From: an uncultured Armatimonadetes bacterium | GTDB taxonomy: Bacteria; Armatimonadota; Hebobacteria; Hebobacterales; Hebobacteraceae | Direction of reading: 5' to 3' | DNA: 64,000 bases | Assembly (NCBI GenBank): GCA_963716175.1 | Contig: OY970296.1 | Coordinates: 4,448,001 to 4,512,000 of the forward strand | Part shown: positions 20,813-30,337 of the stretch, piece after piece | How the letters are laid out: every line of letters starts with the position of its first letter | Position numbering within the stretch: the first letter of the stretch is position 1 | Position numbers and translations under genes: made by a program | Notes under the pieces: model-generated | Told to the model about the DNA's origin: nothing | Databases searched by the model: none | What the model saw: the letters and a program-made list of their open reading frames with translations, nothing else

Positions 20813-21763
20813 CTAGTGAGGCCCTTTCACATCCTGCATGATCTCCTTCGCCCAGCGCACGTACTCCGGCCTCTCGACGAGCTGACACGCGCAGTAGATC
20901 CTGAGGCCCGATAGCTTTCCGGCGTTGATGTGATTTACGTAGAGCCGCAGCAGGTCCTTGTACTCCTGCTCCGTCAGCCAGTGCCCGTGGCGGGCGCCGC
21001 TGTTCAGATACAGGCTGCCCAGCACGATCTTGCCCTTGTGCTGGGCTTCTGCTTGCGTGAGGTAGCGCTCGGCCTGCGCGATGTTCGTGGGGTCCCATAT
21101 GTTGAAGGTCACGCCCTGGTAGTCAATGTCGTAGGTCCGCTGCTCATTGCCCCGGTGGGGATAATGCGGCACCCACAGGGCGAGATTGGGATTGACGCCC
21201 TTGGCCGCAGCGATGATCTCCCGCCACTGGTCCATGGTCCGATGGCCTTCCTCAATCTCGTCGTAGAAGTCATTGAGATAGAGGCCGATGATCTCCTTGT
21301 GCTGGAGCGACAGCTCTGCGATCCATCGGGCAGTCTTGAGCGACCCTTCCTGAGTCCAGCCCCAGGCGGCGCGGTCTATCTTGGGGATAACGTACTTGAT
21401 CCCCGGGACCTGGAGCGCGTGGTACATCTGCGTTTCCTCCCAGCCCTGGCCGCTGTACTCCGGATCGTCCGTCCAGACGGTGTTGAACCCCAGCTCCTTC
21501 ACCACGGGTGCGCTGTCCACTTGCGGCTCATGCTGCCAGAGGCAGATCAGCGGCGCACCTGAGGGGTTCGCAGCTCCCGCCATAGTGCCGCTGCCCGCCG
21601 AGGCCTGTGCGGGCGGAGCCGCCTGCTCGCCGCCCGGCCTGCTCTCGGCCCGGCCGGCGCTTGGGGTATCCTCGACGGCACGGCAGCCCTGGGGCGTCGC
21701 CGCGCAGGCCAGCGCCAGCAGCGCAGATGCGATCATGACAACCGCGCGCCACGATATCATCAT
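20813..21763 (-). CDS. Secreted/lipoprotein hypothetical, possible TIM-barrel hydrolase
   Basis: LALAC lipobox-like segment and low-complexity linker; LGFNTV and IIGLYLNDF segments resemble GH barrel strands. Confidence 0.6.
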   Translation of the reverse strand: MMISWRAVVMIASALLALACAATPQGCRAVEDTPSAGRAESRPGGEQAAPPAQASAGSGTMAGAANPSGAPLICLWQHEPQVDSAPVVKELGFNTVWTDDPEYSGQGWEETQMYHALQVPGIKYVIPKIDRAAWGWTQEGSLKTARWIAELSLQHKEIIGLYLNDFYDEIEEGHRTMDQWREIIAAAKGVNPNLALWVPHYPHRGNEQRTYDIDYQGVTFNIWDPTNIAQAERYLTQAEAQHKGKIVLGSLYLNSGARHGHWLTEQEYKDLLRLYVNHINAGKLSGLRIYCACQLVERPEYVRWAKEIMQDVKGPH

Positions 21764-22034
21764 CAGGATCTCCTCTCGTCCTTCCTCATCACGGCTTTCC
21801 CCGCTCCCGGCTTCGCCTCCTTCCGAGGCACGGCGGGAAGCGAAGGTGCTAGCGGAGCACTGGCGAAGACACTGCGCCGCGGCCCAAGTGCAGACCTGGT
21901 CGGGCTATGCGCGGCCGACGCCGAGACCTATCTGGTTCTGGCCCCATGACTGGCAGCGGACCGCGATGTCGGCCTCGAGACTGAAGTTGCAGGTGGTCGT
22001 ACTGAAGGGAGCAGGTCACCTGTAGGAGCGGTGC

Positions 22035-25000
22035 ATGTTAGGGATACCTCTGTCGAGGCGTGCGCGGATTCTGTACTTCACAGTCGCCGTGTTGGTGATG
22101 ACCATCGCAGTCACGTGTTCCGCTCAGAGTATAGCCCAGGAGAAGAGCGCGATGCCCAGCCGTAAGCAGGACAGCAGGTCGCTGGTCCGGATCTGCCGCT
22201 GGTCTGGCGGCAAGAAAGCCGCCCTCAGCCTTCGGTTCGATGATGCACACCCCACGCATATCAAAATCGCGGTGCCGCTATTGGACAAGTATGGCCTGAT
22301 CGGTACCTTCTTGGTCAACCCAGGCAACCGCAGTTACCAGCAGAACAAGGCGGCCTGGGAGGCGGCCGCCCAACAAGGCCACGAGCTTGGCGACCACACC
22401 CTGAACCACAGTGGCGCCAAGACCGATGCGGAGGCCGAAGAGCAGATAGGCCAGGCCGCGGAGCACATCCGCATCCTCCAGCCACGGGACACGCTACTGG
22501 CGTTCGATCCCGGCGGCGCCACCCTGTGGCTCCAGCGCAAGCCGTTCGCGTTCTTCGACGCCAAGTACCACCTGTATGACCTCGACGCGCCGGGCAACCG
22601 CGGGCGCAATGTCATGTCGTGTTCTGTCGTCTACTCCTTCTTCAGTGTCGCGGCCTTCAAGCGGAAGCTCGAACAGGTCATCGCGGAGGGCGACTGGTTC
22701 CAGCCTCACTTCCACCAGATAGACGAGGAAGGCCAACTGCGCATCCCGCCGCCCGTGTTCGAGCAGGTCCTGCAAGTGGCCCATGCGCATCGCTCTGACC
22801 TCTGGCAGGCCGGCGTGGCCGCCATCCACGAGTATGACCAGGAGCGCGATCAGGCCGAGCTCTGGGCTCGGCCCGCTGACGACGACACCCTGGTGCTGGA
22901 CCTCGCCTGCGCCACTGACGCGGCGCTCTACGCGCAGCCGCTGACCCTGGAAGTGGATCTGCCGACGGGCGCCGACTCGGCAGAGGTGACAGACTCCTCC
23001 GGCAGCACCGTGCCGTGTCGCATCGAGTCGGCCGAAGACCGACACGTCGCGCGCTTCGATGTGGCTCCGGTCGACGCGACCTACATGGTTCGCGCGCCAG
23101 GCATCGGGGCCGCCTATCGCCGCGAGCGCGGGACCGACCTCCCGGCGCCAAGCCAGCACCCCTACGTCTTCTTCACTCAAACCGATGTCGCCGCCCTGCT
23201 GGCCAAGACAGACGATGCTCAGGCGAAGCTGATGTGGCAGCGCATTGTGGCGGAGGCCGACCGGGTGGCGGGCGAGGAGCCAAACCTCGACCCGCAGAGA
23301 AGTGCCAGGCGGCACCGCCCCAATCGGCTGCGGGTGCTTGCCTTCGCCTACGCACTCACTCACAATCCGGCCTATGCCAAGCGTGCGATCCCCGAGATCG
23401 AGTGGCTGATGAAAGACGACTCCTGGCACGTGGACCACTCCGAGGCGCTGGTGATGGCTGGTACCATGAGCACTCTCGGCCTGGTCTACGACTGGATGTA
23501 CGACGCGCTTTCCGACGACCTGCGCAGAGAGATTCGTGGTGCTATCACCGAGCACGGGATCAAAGCGATAGCAGACATCATCGCCAAGGGTGACTTCTGG
23601 ATCAGTTGGTACCGCTGCAACTGGGGAGCGGTGATCTACGGCCAGGCCGGCCTTGCGGCTCTTAGCATCCTGGGAGAAGAGCCACAGGCCGCGGACTTCG
23701 TGCGCCTCGCCGAGCGCAAGATCTGGCACTACACGCAGTCTCTCACGGACGACGGCGGGTGGGGGGAAAGTGGCAGCTATGGCGCCTATGCCTGGTCGAA
23801 TGCCATGCTGTTCATGGATGCGCTGTCCCACGTCACCGGTGGCCGGGCCAACCTCTTCGCCGGCCCGCGGCTGCGCCAGTTCCCGCAGTGGTTCCTCAAC
23901 CTGCTGCAGCCCGACATGTCGAGATTCGTGCCGTTCGCGGACTGCACCCAGAGCGGCGATGCCGCGTCCATCCTGTATCGCCTAGCGCGCGAATACCGCG
24001 ACGGATACGCGCAGTGGACTGCCCACCGCATGACCCAGAGCCGAGACCACGCCGACATCATGAGCTTCCTGTGGTACGACCCGTCGCTGGAGTCGAGGAG
24101 CCCAACAGACCTGCCGGCCACCAAGCTCTTCCCGGGCCTGAGCTGGGCCTTCCTGCGCAGCCGCTGGGATGACCCTCAAGCGATCCTCTTCGCCTTCAAA
24201 GGCGGGCAGTGCGACTGGGACCACCATCACCACGACGGCAACAGCTTCGCGCTCTACGCCCATGGACAGCCGCTCCTGGTGGACTTCTTCTACCCGCGGA
24301 CGACCTGGGGGATCACCGCCGAGGCCCACAACACCATCGTGGTCAATGGCAAGGACCAGCGCGGGCACGTTAAGGTGGCCGGAGCCCACGGCCGCCCGGA
24401 TCACCGCACTGTCCTGGGCGACCTCGTCGAGGCCTCTTGGTACGCCCGCCTGGTGGGAGACGCCTCCCTGGCCTACGACCAGGACGATGTCAGGAGCTTC
24501 GTCCGTGAGGTGATGTACCTGCGCAAGACGGACCCGCAAGGCCCGCCGGACTACTTCCTGGTCTTCGACAATGTCGAGGCCACCGGCCCGATGCGGATGG
24601 ACTGGCTGCTACACAGCTACGGCGATTTCGAGGTGAACCGGAATCATGTCACAGTCACCCAGGGCGACGCCAGCGCGGATGTGACCATGATCGCCCCTGG
24701 CGAGCTGGCGCACGAGATCCGCAAGATGACCTTCGAGGAAGCCGGCGTGGAGCAGCCGCCTGGTTTCGACAGCATCAGCATGCTGAAGCTGCGCTCCGCC
24801 GAGCCCAACCAGCGCGGGTACTACCTCTCGGTGATCGTGCCGCGTCGCACGTCTGAGGCCCCGCCAATATCCGTGACCTCTATCCTTGAGCCGAACGCTC
24901 TCGGCGCAACCATGGCCGACGGCCACAGCACGGACATCGCGCTCTTCGCGCTGGATGCCCCGGAGGCGTCGGCCGCAGGTCTGGCGCTGACCGGTCGCTC

Positions 25001-25313
25001 CTGCTTTGTGCGCCGGTCGGCGGGCCGCTTCTTGGCCGCCGCTCTGCATAACGGGCAGCGTCTCTTGGCCGATGACGAGCTGCTGTTCGAGACCGATAGC
25101 TGGGGCCACGCCGCGCTGACGTTCGGCAATGACGCGATTGACGCTCGGCTCGCGGTCTACGACCCGCGGTGGGTCAAAGTCCACGTCCCCATGAAACCGG
25201 AGAAGTTGCTGGTGAACGGCAAGGAGCGTGAGTTCGAGTACGAAGCTGAGACTCGCTGCGTCAAGTTCAGTGCTTCGGCGAGCACGCGCGAGGTGCATAT
25301 CGCGCTGCACTGA
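22035..25313 (+). CDS. Secreted fusion: CE4/NodB polysaccharide deacetylase + DUF4962/heparinase II/III-like lyase
   Basis: SLRFDD and HELGDHTLNH (CE4); HPYVFF, CNW, ESGSYG, LRSRW, HHHHDGN and AHNTIVVNG (lyase). Confidence 0.8.
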   Translation: MLGIPLSRRARILYFTVAVLVMTIAVTCSAQSIAQEKSAMPSRKQDSRSLVRICRWSGGKKAALSLRFDDAHPTHIKIAVPLLDKYGLIGTFLVNPGNRSYQQNKAAWEAAAQQGHELGDHTLNHSGAKTDAEAEEQIGQAAEHIRILQPRDTLLAFDPGGATLWLQRKPFAFFDAKYHLYDLDAPGNRGRNVMSCSVVYSFFSVAAFKRKLEQVIAEGDWFQPHFHQIDEEGQLRIPPPVFEQVLQVAHAHRSDLWQAGVAAIHEYDQERDQAELWARPADDDTLVLDLACATDAALYAQPLTLEVDLPTGADSAEVTDSSGSTVPCRIESAEDRHVARFDVAPVDATYMVRAPGIGAAYRRERGTDLPAPSQHPYVFFTQTDVAALLAKTDDAQAKLMWQRIVAEADRVAGEEPNLDPQRSARRHRPNRLRVLAFAYALTHNPAYAKRAIPEIEWLMKDDSWHVDHSEALVMAGTMSTLGLVYDWMYDALSDDLRREIRGAITEHGIKAIADIIAKGDFWISWYRCNWGAVIYGQAGLAALSILGEEPQAADFVRLAERKIWHYTQSLTDDGGWGESGSYGAYAWSNAMLFMDALSHVTGGRANLFAGPRLRQFPQWFLNLLQPDMSRFVPFADCTQSGDAASILYRLAREYRDGYAQWTAHRMTQSRDHADIMSFLWYDPSLESRSPTDLPATKLFPGLSWAFLRSRWDDPQAILFAFKGGQCDWDHHHHDGNSFALYAHGQPLLVDFFYPRTTWGITAEAHNTIVVNGKDQRGHVKVAGAHGRPDHRTVLGDLVEASWYARLVGDASLAYDQDDVRSFVREVMYLRKTDPQGPPDYFLVFDNVEATGPMRMDWLLHSYGDFEVNRNHVTVTQGDASADVTMIAPGELAHEIRKMTFEEAGVEQPPGFDSISMLKLRSAEPNQRGYYLSVIVPRRTSEAPPISVTSILEPNALGATMADGHSTDIALFALDAPEASAAGLALTGRSCFVRRSAGRFLAAALHNGQRLLADDELLFETDSWGHAALTFGNDAIDARLAVYDPRWVKVHVPMKPEKLLVNGKEREFEYEAETRCVKFSASASTREVHIALH

Positions 25314-25381
25314 CATGCGGCGTCGCTTCGATGCTAGCACAGGCTCCCAGCCTGTCAATGAAACGGAGTGTGATTGCCAAG

Positions 25382-26338
25382 ATGCGGATTGCCGAGCTAT
25401 CCGAGAAGAATCTTGCGCAGGTGGTGGCCGCCTGGAACGCGACCCTCGTCCACGACCCGCTGACCGCGTCCCGCTTCCGCGAGGTCTTCCTCAACGACCC
25501 GAACTACCAGCCCGACGGCGTCTCGGTGGCAGAGGGCAACCACGGCGCTGTGCTGGGCTTCAGCGCCTGCTACGTGCGAGAAACCGTCGCGGGCAAGGAT
25601 GGCCTGGGGGGGCAGTGGGAGTTCAACTGGGGTTACCTGAAGGGCTTCTTCGTCGTGGAGGGTGACGAGGAAAGCGCGGTCGCGGCCTCTCTGCTGGCCG
25701 CCGCCGAGGCTTACTGCGCGGGCGCCGGGAAGGAGGAGATCCGGGTGACAGAGTACGCCTGGGCGTACGTTTTCCCGGGACTGGACATCCGCTATGAGCG
25801 GCTGCGCGCCATCCTATGCGAGCGTGGCTACCGCGACCTGCGCACCCTGGAGGACGTGGCGGTAGACCTCCGCGATCCCGGGCTGCCATCTCGTCTCGCC
25901 CGCGCGCAGCGGCGGGTGGGGACATCGGCCGAGGTGGTGACTTGGCGACCCGGGCTGCTTCCGGCAATGCAGGCGTTCGTCGCGCAGAGCTACGAGCCGC
26001 AGTGGTTTCCCAGTGGCTGGGAGGAAGGGCTAAGTCGCCCGCTGGACCACGTGCTCATCCTGAGGCGTGGAGAGGAGATCGTGGGTTGGGCTCAATACCA
26101 CCCCTCCCGGCCACGCGCCAGCTTCGGCCCGATTCTTGTCCTTGACCCGATGCGCGGCCATGGGTATGGATCCCTGCTGTTGCTGGAATGCATGGTGCGG
26201 GCGCGGCAGGCGGGTGCCGAGAGGATGGCGGCAGGCTGGGCGAACACGGGCTTTTATGTGGCGAACGGCTGGCAGATCACTCGCCGCTACGCGGTGCTGG
26301 CAAAGAGGTTGTCTGGCGAGTCTCGCCGAGAGGCGTGA
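25382..26338 (+). CDS. Tandem GNAT N-acetyltransferase
   Basis: FGPILV..PMRGHGYGSLLL and FYVANGW motifs; start uncertain (25331-25382). Confidence 0.75.
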   Translation: MRIAELSEKNLAQVVAAWNATLVHDPLTASRFREVFLNDPNYQPDGVSVAEGNHGAVLGFSACYVRETVAGKDGLGGQWEFNWGYLKGFFVVEGDEESAVAASLLAAAEAYCAGAGKEEIRVTEYAWAYVFPGLDIRYERLRAILCERGYRDLRTLEDVAVDLRDPGLPSRLARAQRRVGTSAEVVTWRPGLLPAMQAFVAQSYEPQWFPSGWEEGLSRPLDHVLILRRGEEIVGWAQYHPSRPRASFGPILVLDPMRGHGYGSLLLLECMVRARQAGAERMAAGWANTGFYVANGWQITRRYAVLAKRLSGESRREA

Positions 26339-26398
26339 GAGCCCGACTTACCGGCTGGGGTGCCGAGACGCCGTCAGGTCTCACGCGTTGAGCACGGC

Positions 26399-26641
26399 CT
26401 AGGGTTTGCCGGCCGCCGTCTTCCTGCGCAACTCCAGGAGGCCGCTGAGCACCAGCAGCAGCATGATGGCGCCGGCGACGATGAAGGGCAGGAACAGCTC
26501 CGGGATGGCCTGGCTTCGGATCAGCAGAACGGACGCGACCAGCACCACTGCGACACCTGCCGCCAGCTCCCAGCAGTCGCCCACGATGAAGTCGTACCAG
26601 AAGACAAAGAAGCCTCTTACCAGGCCAATCAGGAATCGCAT
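26399..26641 (-). CDS. Small two-TM membrane protein
   Basis: FWYDFIVGD motif; its start overlaps the stop of the upstream membrane gene (TAATG). Confidence 0.7.
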   Translation of the reverse strand: MRFLIGLVRGFFVFWYDFIVGDCWELAAGVAVVLVASVLLIRSQAIPELFLPFIVAGAIMLLLVLSGLLELRRKTAAGKP

Positions 26642-27483
26642 TACCGGCCCCCCGCCGTCTCCGACAGCAGGGCCGCCGACTCGCTCTCCACCTCGGTCGG
26701 GCCTGCGCGGCGTCTCAGAAGCCGAAGCACCATGACCATCCCACGCGAGACCACGATCCAGGCCACCAGCACCCCAATCAGCGCCCAGATATCACCAGGC
26801 CATTCCAGGCTCTCCCGCCGCGGTCCGAAGAACCCCAGCCCCTCGACCGACCAGTAGACCCCGAATGTGGACAGCAGCAGGCCTACCGCATACTTCATGG
26901 TGTTCTCTGGAACGGCCGACAGAGGCCTGCGGGCGACGGCCCCGACAATCGTCACCAGGACCACCGCCGCCAGAGCCCCGGCGGAGGCATGGAGCATGGC
27001 GTTGGGGTCAACGGACCGGGCTTTTAGCCCGAAGGTGATGACGATGAAAACGACCTCGAGGCCCTCCAGCAGCACTCCCTTGAATGAGACCACAAACCCG
27101 AACCAGTCCAGCCCCAGGCGAGTCTGCCTGCCCGCGCTGGCTGCCGCCTGCTGTTCCTCGAGGAAGGCTTTGTCCTCGTCGTGGATCGCGATCAGGCCGG
27201 ACGAGCGCAGAACTGACTTGCGCAGCCACTGCAGGCCGAAGACCAGCAGCAGCGCCCCGATCACGAACTGGAGCAGGGACCTGGAGACATAGTGGGTCAG
27301 CATGATCCCGACCAGTGCGGTAAGAGCTGCCAGGGCCGCCAAGGCCGTGACTGCTCCGCAGATCGCCGCCTTCCAGCTCCGCGTGAGCCCCATCGCCAGC
27401 ACGATGGTGAACGCCTCCACCGCCTCTACCGCGGAGGCTACAAACACGGCCGTGATCAAGGTGATGCTAGCTGCGGTGAACAT
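26641..27483 (-). CDS. COG4280-type membrane protein (internally duplicated ExxE motifs, candidate metal transporter)
   Basis: VEAVEAFTIV and LEGLEVVFIV repeats, LQWLRK, and VPENTMKY motifs. Confidence 0.75.
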   Translation of the reverse strand: MFTAASITLITAVFVASAVEAVEAFTIVLAMGLTRSWKAAICGAVTALAALAALTALVGIMLTHYVSRSLLQFVIGALLLVFGLQWLRKSVLRSSGLIAIHDEDKAFLEEQQAAASAGRQTRLGLDWFGFVVSFKGVLLEGLEVVFIVITFGLKARSVDPNAMLHASAGALAAVVLVTIVGAVARRPLSAVPENTMKYAVGLLLSTFGVYWSVEGLGFFGPRRESLEWPGDIWALIGVLVAWIVVSRGMVMVLRLLRRRAGPTEVESESAALLSETAGGR

Positions 27484-27817
27484 GTCTGTTGTTGCTGCCT
27501 GCTCCGAGTGCCGCCGCCCTCATTCCGCCTGGAGCGCGGCGGCAAAGCGATGCGCCCTCCTGGGCCCGTCACCAGGGAAGCTCGCCCTGGCGGTCAGATC
27601 CGGCCCGGCAAGGTAGTCTTTCGCCTTTCTGCTAACCGGTCCTTCCTGCAAAGGGCTTTCGGTAGGTGCGGGGCCGACGAAGGCGAAATCTCTATCCATA
27701 TGGGCTGGGGCTTCGCCCCAGCTTCTACTCCGTCCGCGGTGAGCAAGCAGGGCACAGCGCTGCGCTCCGCCGCCATAGCATGGAGCGTCGGCAACATGAG
27801 TCGGCGGTGAGACCGGG

Positions 27818-29197
27818 ATGCTCTTCCACTCGTGGCAGTTCGCCATTTTCGCTGCCGCAATTTACCTAGGATACCTGCTGGTCTCCAGGAGGGCGCTGGG
27901 CACCCACTGGCTTCTTGCCGCGTCTCTCGTCTTCTACGCGTGGGCCGGCCCGCGATTCGTGCTGCTTCTGCTGTACGCGACTGCTGTCAACTTCGCTGCC
28001 GGGGTAATGCTGGAGCGCAGCTCGCGGAGGAAGGTCTGGCTGGGCGCGGCCGTCGTCGCCACCCTGGCGCCACTGCTCTATTTCAAGTACGCCGGGTTCA
28101 CGGCCGAGAGCCTGAACGCCGCGCTTCCACACCTTGGGTTCGCGGCCCGCCTGGTGACGCCAACCGTGCTTCTCCCCATGGGCCTATCGTTCTTCACCTT
28201 CCGCGTGCTGGGCTACACCATTGACTGCTACCGAGGGCACGTGGCGCGCGAGAAGAGCTTCCTCCGATTCGCCACCTTCGTCGCCTTCTTCCCGACCCTG
28301 CTCGCCGGGCCCATCGAGCGCGCCTCCCACTTCCTGCATCAGATCACTGGCAGGCCTAAGGCCCCCAGCAAGGGCGATCTTGCCGACGGCCTCTCGCTCT
28401 TCGTGGTCGGGCTCTTCAAGAAAGTCGCGCTCGCCGATTACCTTTCCCTCTATGTGGACAAGGTTTACTCGGCCCCCGCGAGCTTCGACGGGCTCACCCT
28501 CGCCGCCGCCACCTTCGCCTTCGCCTGGAAGATCTACTTCGACTTCAGCGGCTATACCGACATGGCCAGGGGCGTCGCCAGGGCCCTGGGCTTCGACGTC
28601 GTGCTCAACTTCAACCACCCCTATCTGGCGACCAGCCTGGGCGATTTCTGGAACCGTTGGCATATCAGTCTCTCCTCCTGGTTCAAGGATTATCTCTACA
28701 TCCCCCTCGGGGGAAACCGAAAGGGCACCTTCAACACCTACCGGAACATGCTGCTGACCATGGTGATATCCGGCCTCTGGCATGGCGCGGCGTGGACCTT
28801 CGTGCTCTGGGGGCTGCTGCACGCTCTCGGCAGGTTCGCCACGCGGGAGCTGGAGCGGACTCGGATCTACCGGGAGCGAGTGCCCACACTGGTCAAGCAG
28901 CTCTGGGTCTTCTCATTCGTGGGCTTCTGCTGGATCTTCTTCAGGGCGAGCAGCCTGTCCGATGCGGTTCTCATCGTGAAGCGGATCGGCAGCGCCAGCC
29001 TGGCCGACCCCAGGTTCCCAGTCGCTATGCTCGTGTTCTGTCTCGTCATCTGGATCTACCAGTTCTGGTACGAATCCAAGGCGAAGCGCCTGTTGGCCTG
29101 GGCTCCCATCAGGGTGGGGGCCGTATGTTACATGCTGGTTCATCTTGTGCTGTTCAGCGGCGGCGGCAGTCAGCCGTTCGTCTACCTGCAGTTCTGA
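27818..29197 (+). CDS. MBOAT O-acyltransferase (AlgI/PatA/DltB-like)
   Basis: AGPIER, YFDFSGYTDMA, FWNRWHISLSSWFKDYLYIPLGG and GLWHGA motifs. Confidence 0.95.
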   Translation: MLFHSWQFAIFAAAIYLGYLLVSRRALGTHWLLAASLVFYAWAGPRFVLLLLYATAVNFAAGVMLERSSRRKVWLGAAVVATLAPLLYFKYAGFTAESLNAALPHLGFAARLVTPTVLLPMGLSFFTFRVLGYTIDCYRGHVAREKSFLRFATFVAFFPTLLAGPIERASHFLHQITGRPKAPSKGDLADGLSLFVVGLFKKVALADYLSLYVDKVYSAPASFDGLTLAAATFAFAWKIYFDFSGYTDMARGVARALGFDVVLNFNHPYLATSLGDFWNRWHISLSSWFKDYLYIPLGGNRKGTFNTYRNMLLTMVISGLWHGAAWTFVLWGLLHALGRFATRELERTRIYRERVPTLVKQLWVFSFVGFCWIFFRASSLSDAVLIVKRIGSASLADPRFPVAMLVFCLVIWIYQFWYESKAKRLLAWAPIRVGAVCYMLVHLVLFSGGGSQPFVYLQF

Positions 29198-29212
29198 AGG
29201 GATAGGGCGCAC

Positions 29213-30337
29213 ATGCAGCCGACGAGTGTCTACAGCTCCAACTCGATCCGGCTCTCCTGGCGGGAGTGGGCGGTGGCGGCGCTGGTCTGTGTTGGTGTGC
29301 TCTGTCTGCTCCCAGCGCTGTGGCCAGCTACAGGAACAAACCTGTCCCGCCCGGATTACCGGCTGCCGGGGGAATTGAGCGAAGATTACTGGATGTTCGG
29401 GAGCTGGTCCAAGTACAGCCGCGCTAAGTACCAGGCCGTGGTGCTGGGAGATTCCGTGGTCTGGGGCCAGTATGTGAGGAGCGATGACACGCTGACACAC
29501 CACCTGAACGAGCTGGCCGGGCAGACCGCGTTCGCGAACCTGGGCGTGGATGGCCTGCACCCGGCCGCCATGGCAGGGATGATCGCCTACTACGGCAGGG
29601 AAGTTGAGAACGAGCCCGTCCTGCTCCATCTCAACCCACTGTGGATGAGCTCCTCGAAGCAGGACCTGCAAGCCCAAGGGGAAGCGCGCTTCAACCACCC
29701 GAAGCTGGTGCCGCAGCTCCTCCAGCGCCCCACCTCCTACCGCCCGACGCCGGCGGAGGTGATCGGCGCCGTCTTGCCGCGGCATGTACCCTTCCTCAAC
29801 TGGAAAGAGCACGTGAGGATCTCCTACCTGGAGGGAATGGGGCCGCAGGAATGGACCCTCGAGCATCCTTACAGCCTCTTTCCGGAGAGCCGCGGACCGG
29901 ACGCCTTCTCTGGCGATGAGCCCGGCAGCCAGCCACAGAGCTGGCGGGAGAAGGGACTTGCTCCCCAGAACCTACCCTGGGTGGAGGCCGCGCGGTCCTA
30001 CCAATGGCGGTCCTTCAAGAGAGCCGTCGCGCTGCTCAGATCGCGGGGCAACGACGTATTCGTGGTAGTCGGCCCGTTCAACAGCTATGCGCTGACCGGG
30101 GAGAGCCAGACGCGCTACCAGGCGTTGACATCGGCGATCGGGAAGTGGCTGGAGCAGGAGAAGGTCCCGTATTGCGCGCCACGTCTTCCCTCCACCGACA
30201 TGTACGCCGATGCCAGCCATCCCTTGGGAGGCGGATATCGCGAGCTAGCCAAGGAGCTGTTCCGCTCGCCAGCGTTCCGGGCGTGGATGAGGAGCTGGGC
30301 GGGCGCTGGCGACCGGCCTGCGCGCCGGAATAGATGA
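29213..30337 (+). CDS. Membrane-anchored SGNH-like protein (partner of the MBOAT)
   Basis: N-terminal TM helix; LGDS, NLGVDG and DASH motifs. Confidence 0.7.
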   Translation: MQPTSVYSSNSIRLSWREWAVAALVCVGVLCLLPALWPATGTNLSRPDYRLPGELSEDYWMFGSWSKYSRAKYQAVVLGDSVVWGQYVRSDDTLTHHLNELAGQTAFANLGVDGLHPAAMAGMIAYYGREVENEPVLLHLNPLWMSSSKQDLQAQGEARFNHPKLVPQLLQRPTSYRPTPAEVIGAVLPRHVPFLNWKEHVRISYLEGMGPQEWTLEHPYSLFPESRGPDAFSGDEPGSQPQSWREKGLAPQNLPWVEAARSYQWRSFKRAVALLRSRGNDVFVVVGPFNSYALTGESQTRYQALTSAIGKWLEQEKVPYCAPRLPSTDMYADASHPLGGGYRELAKELFRSPAFRAWMRSWAGAGDRPARRNR

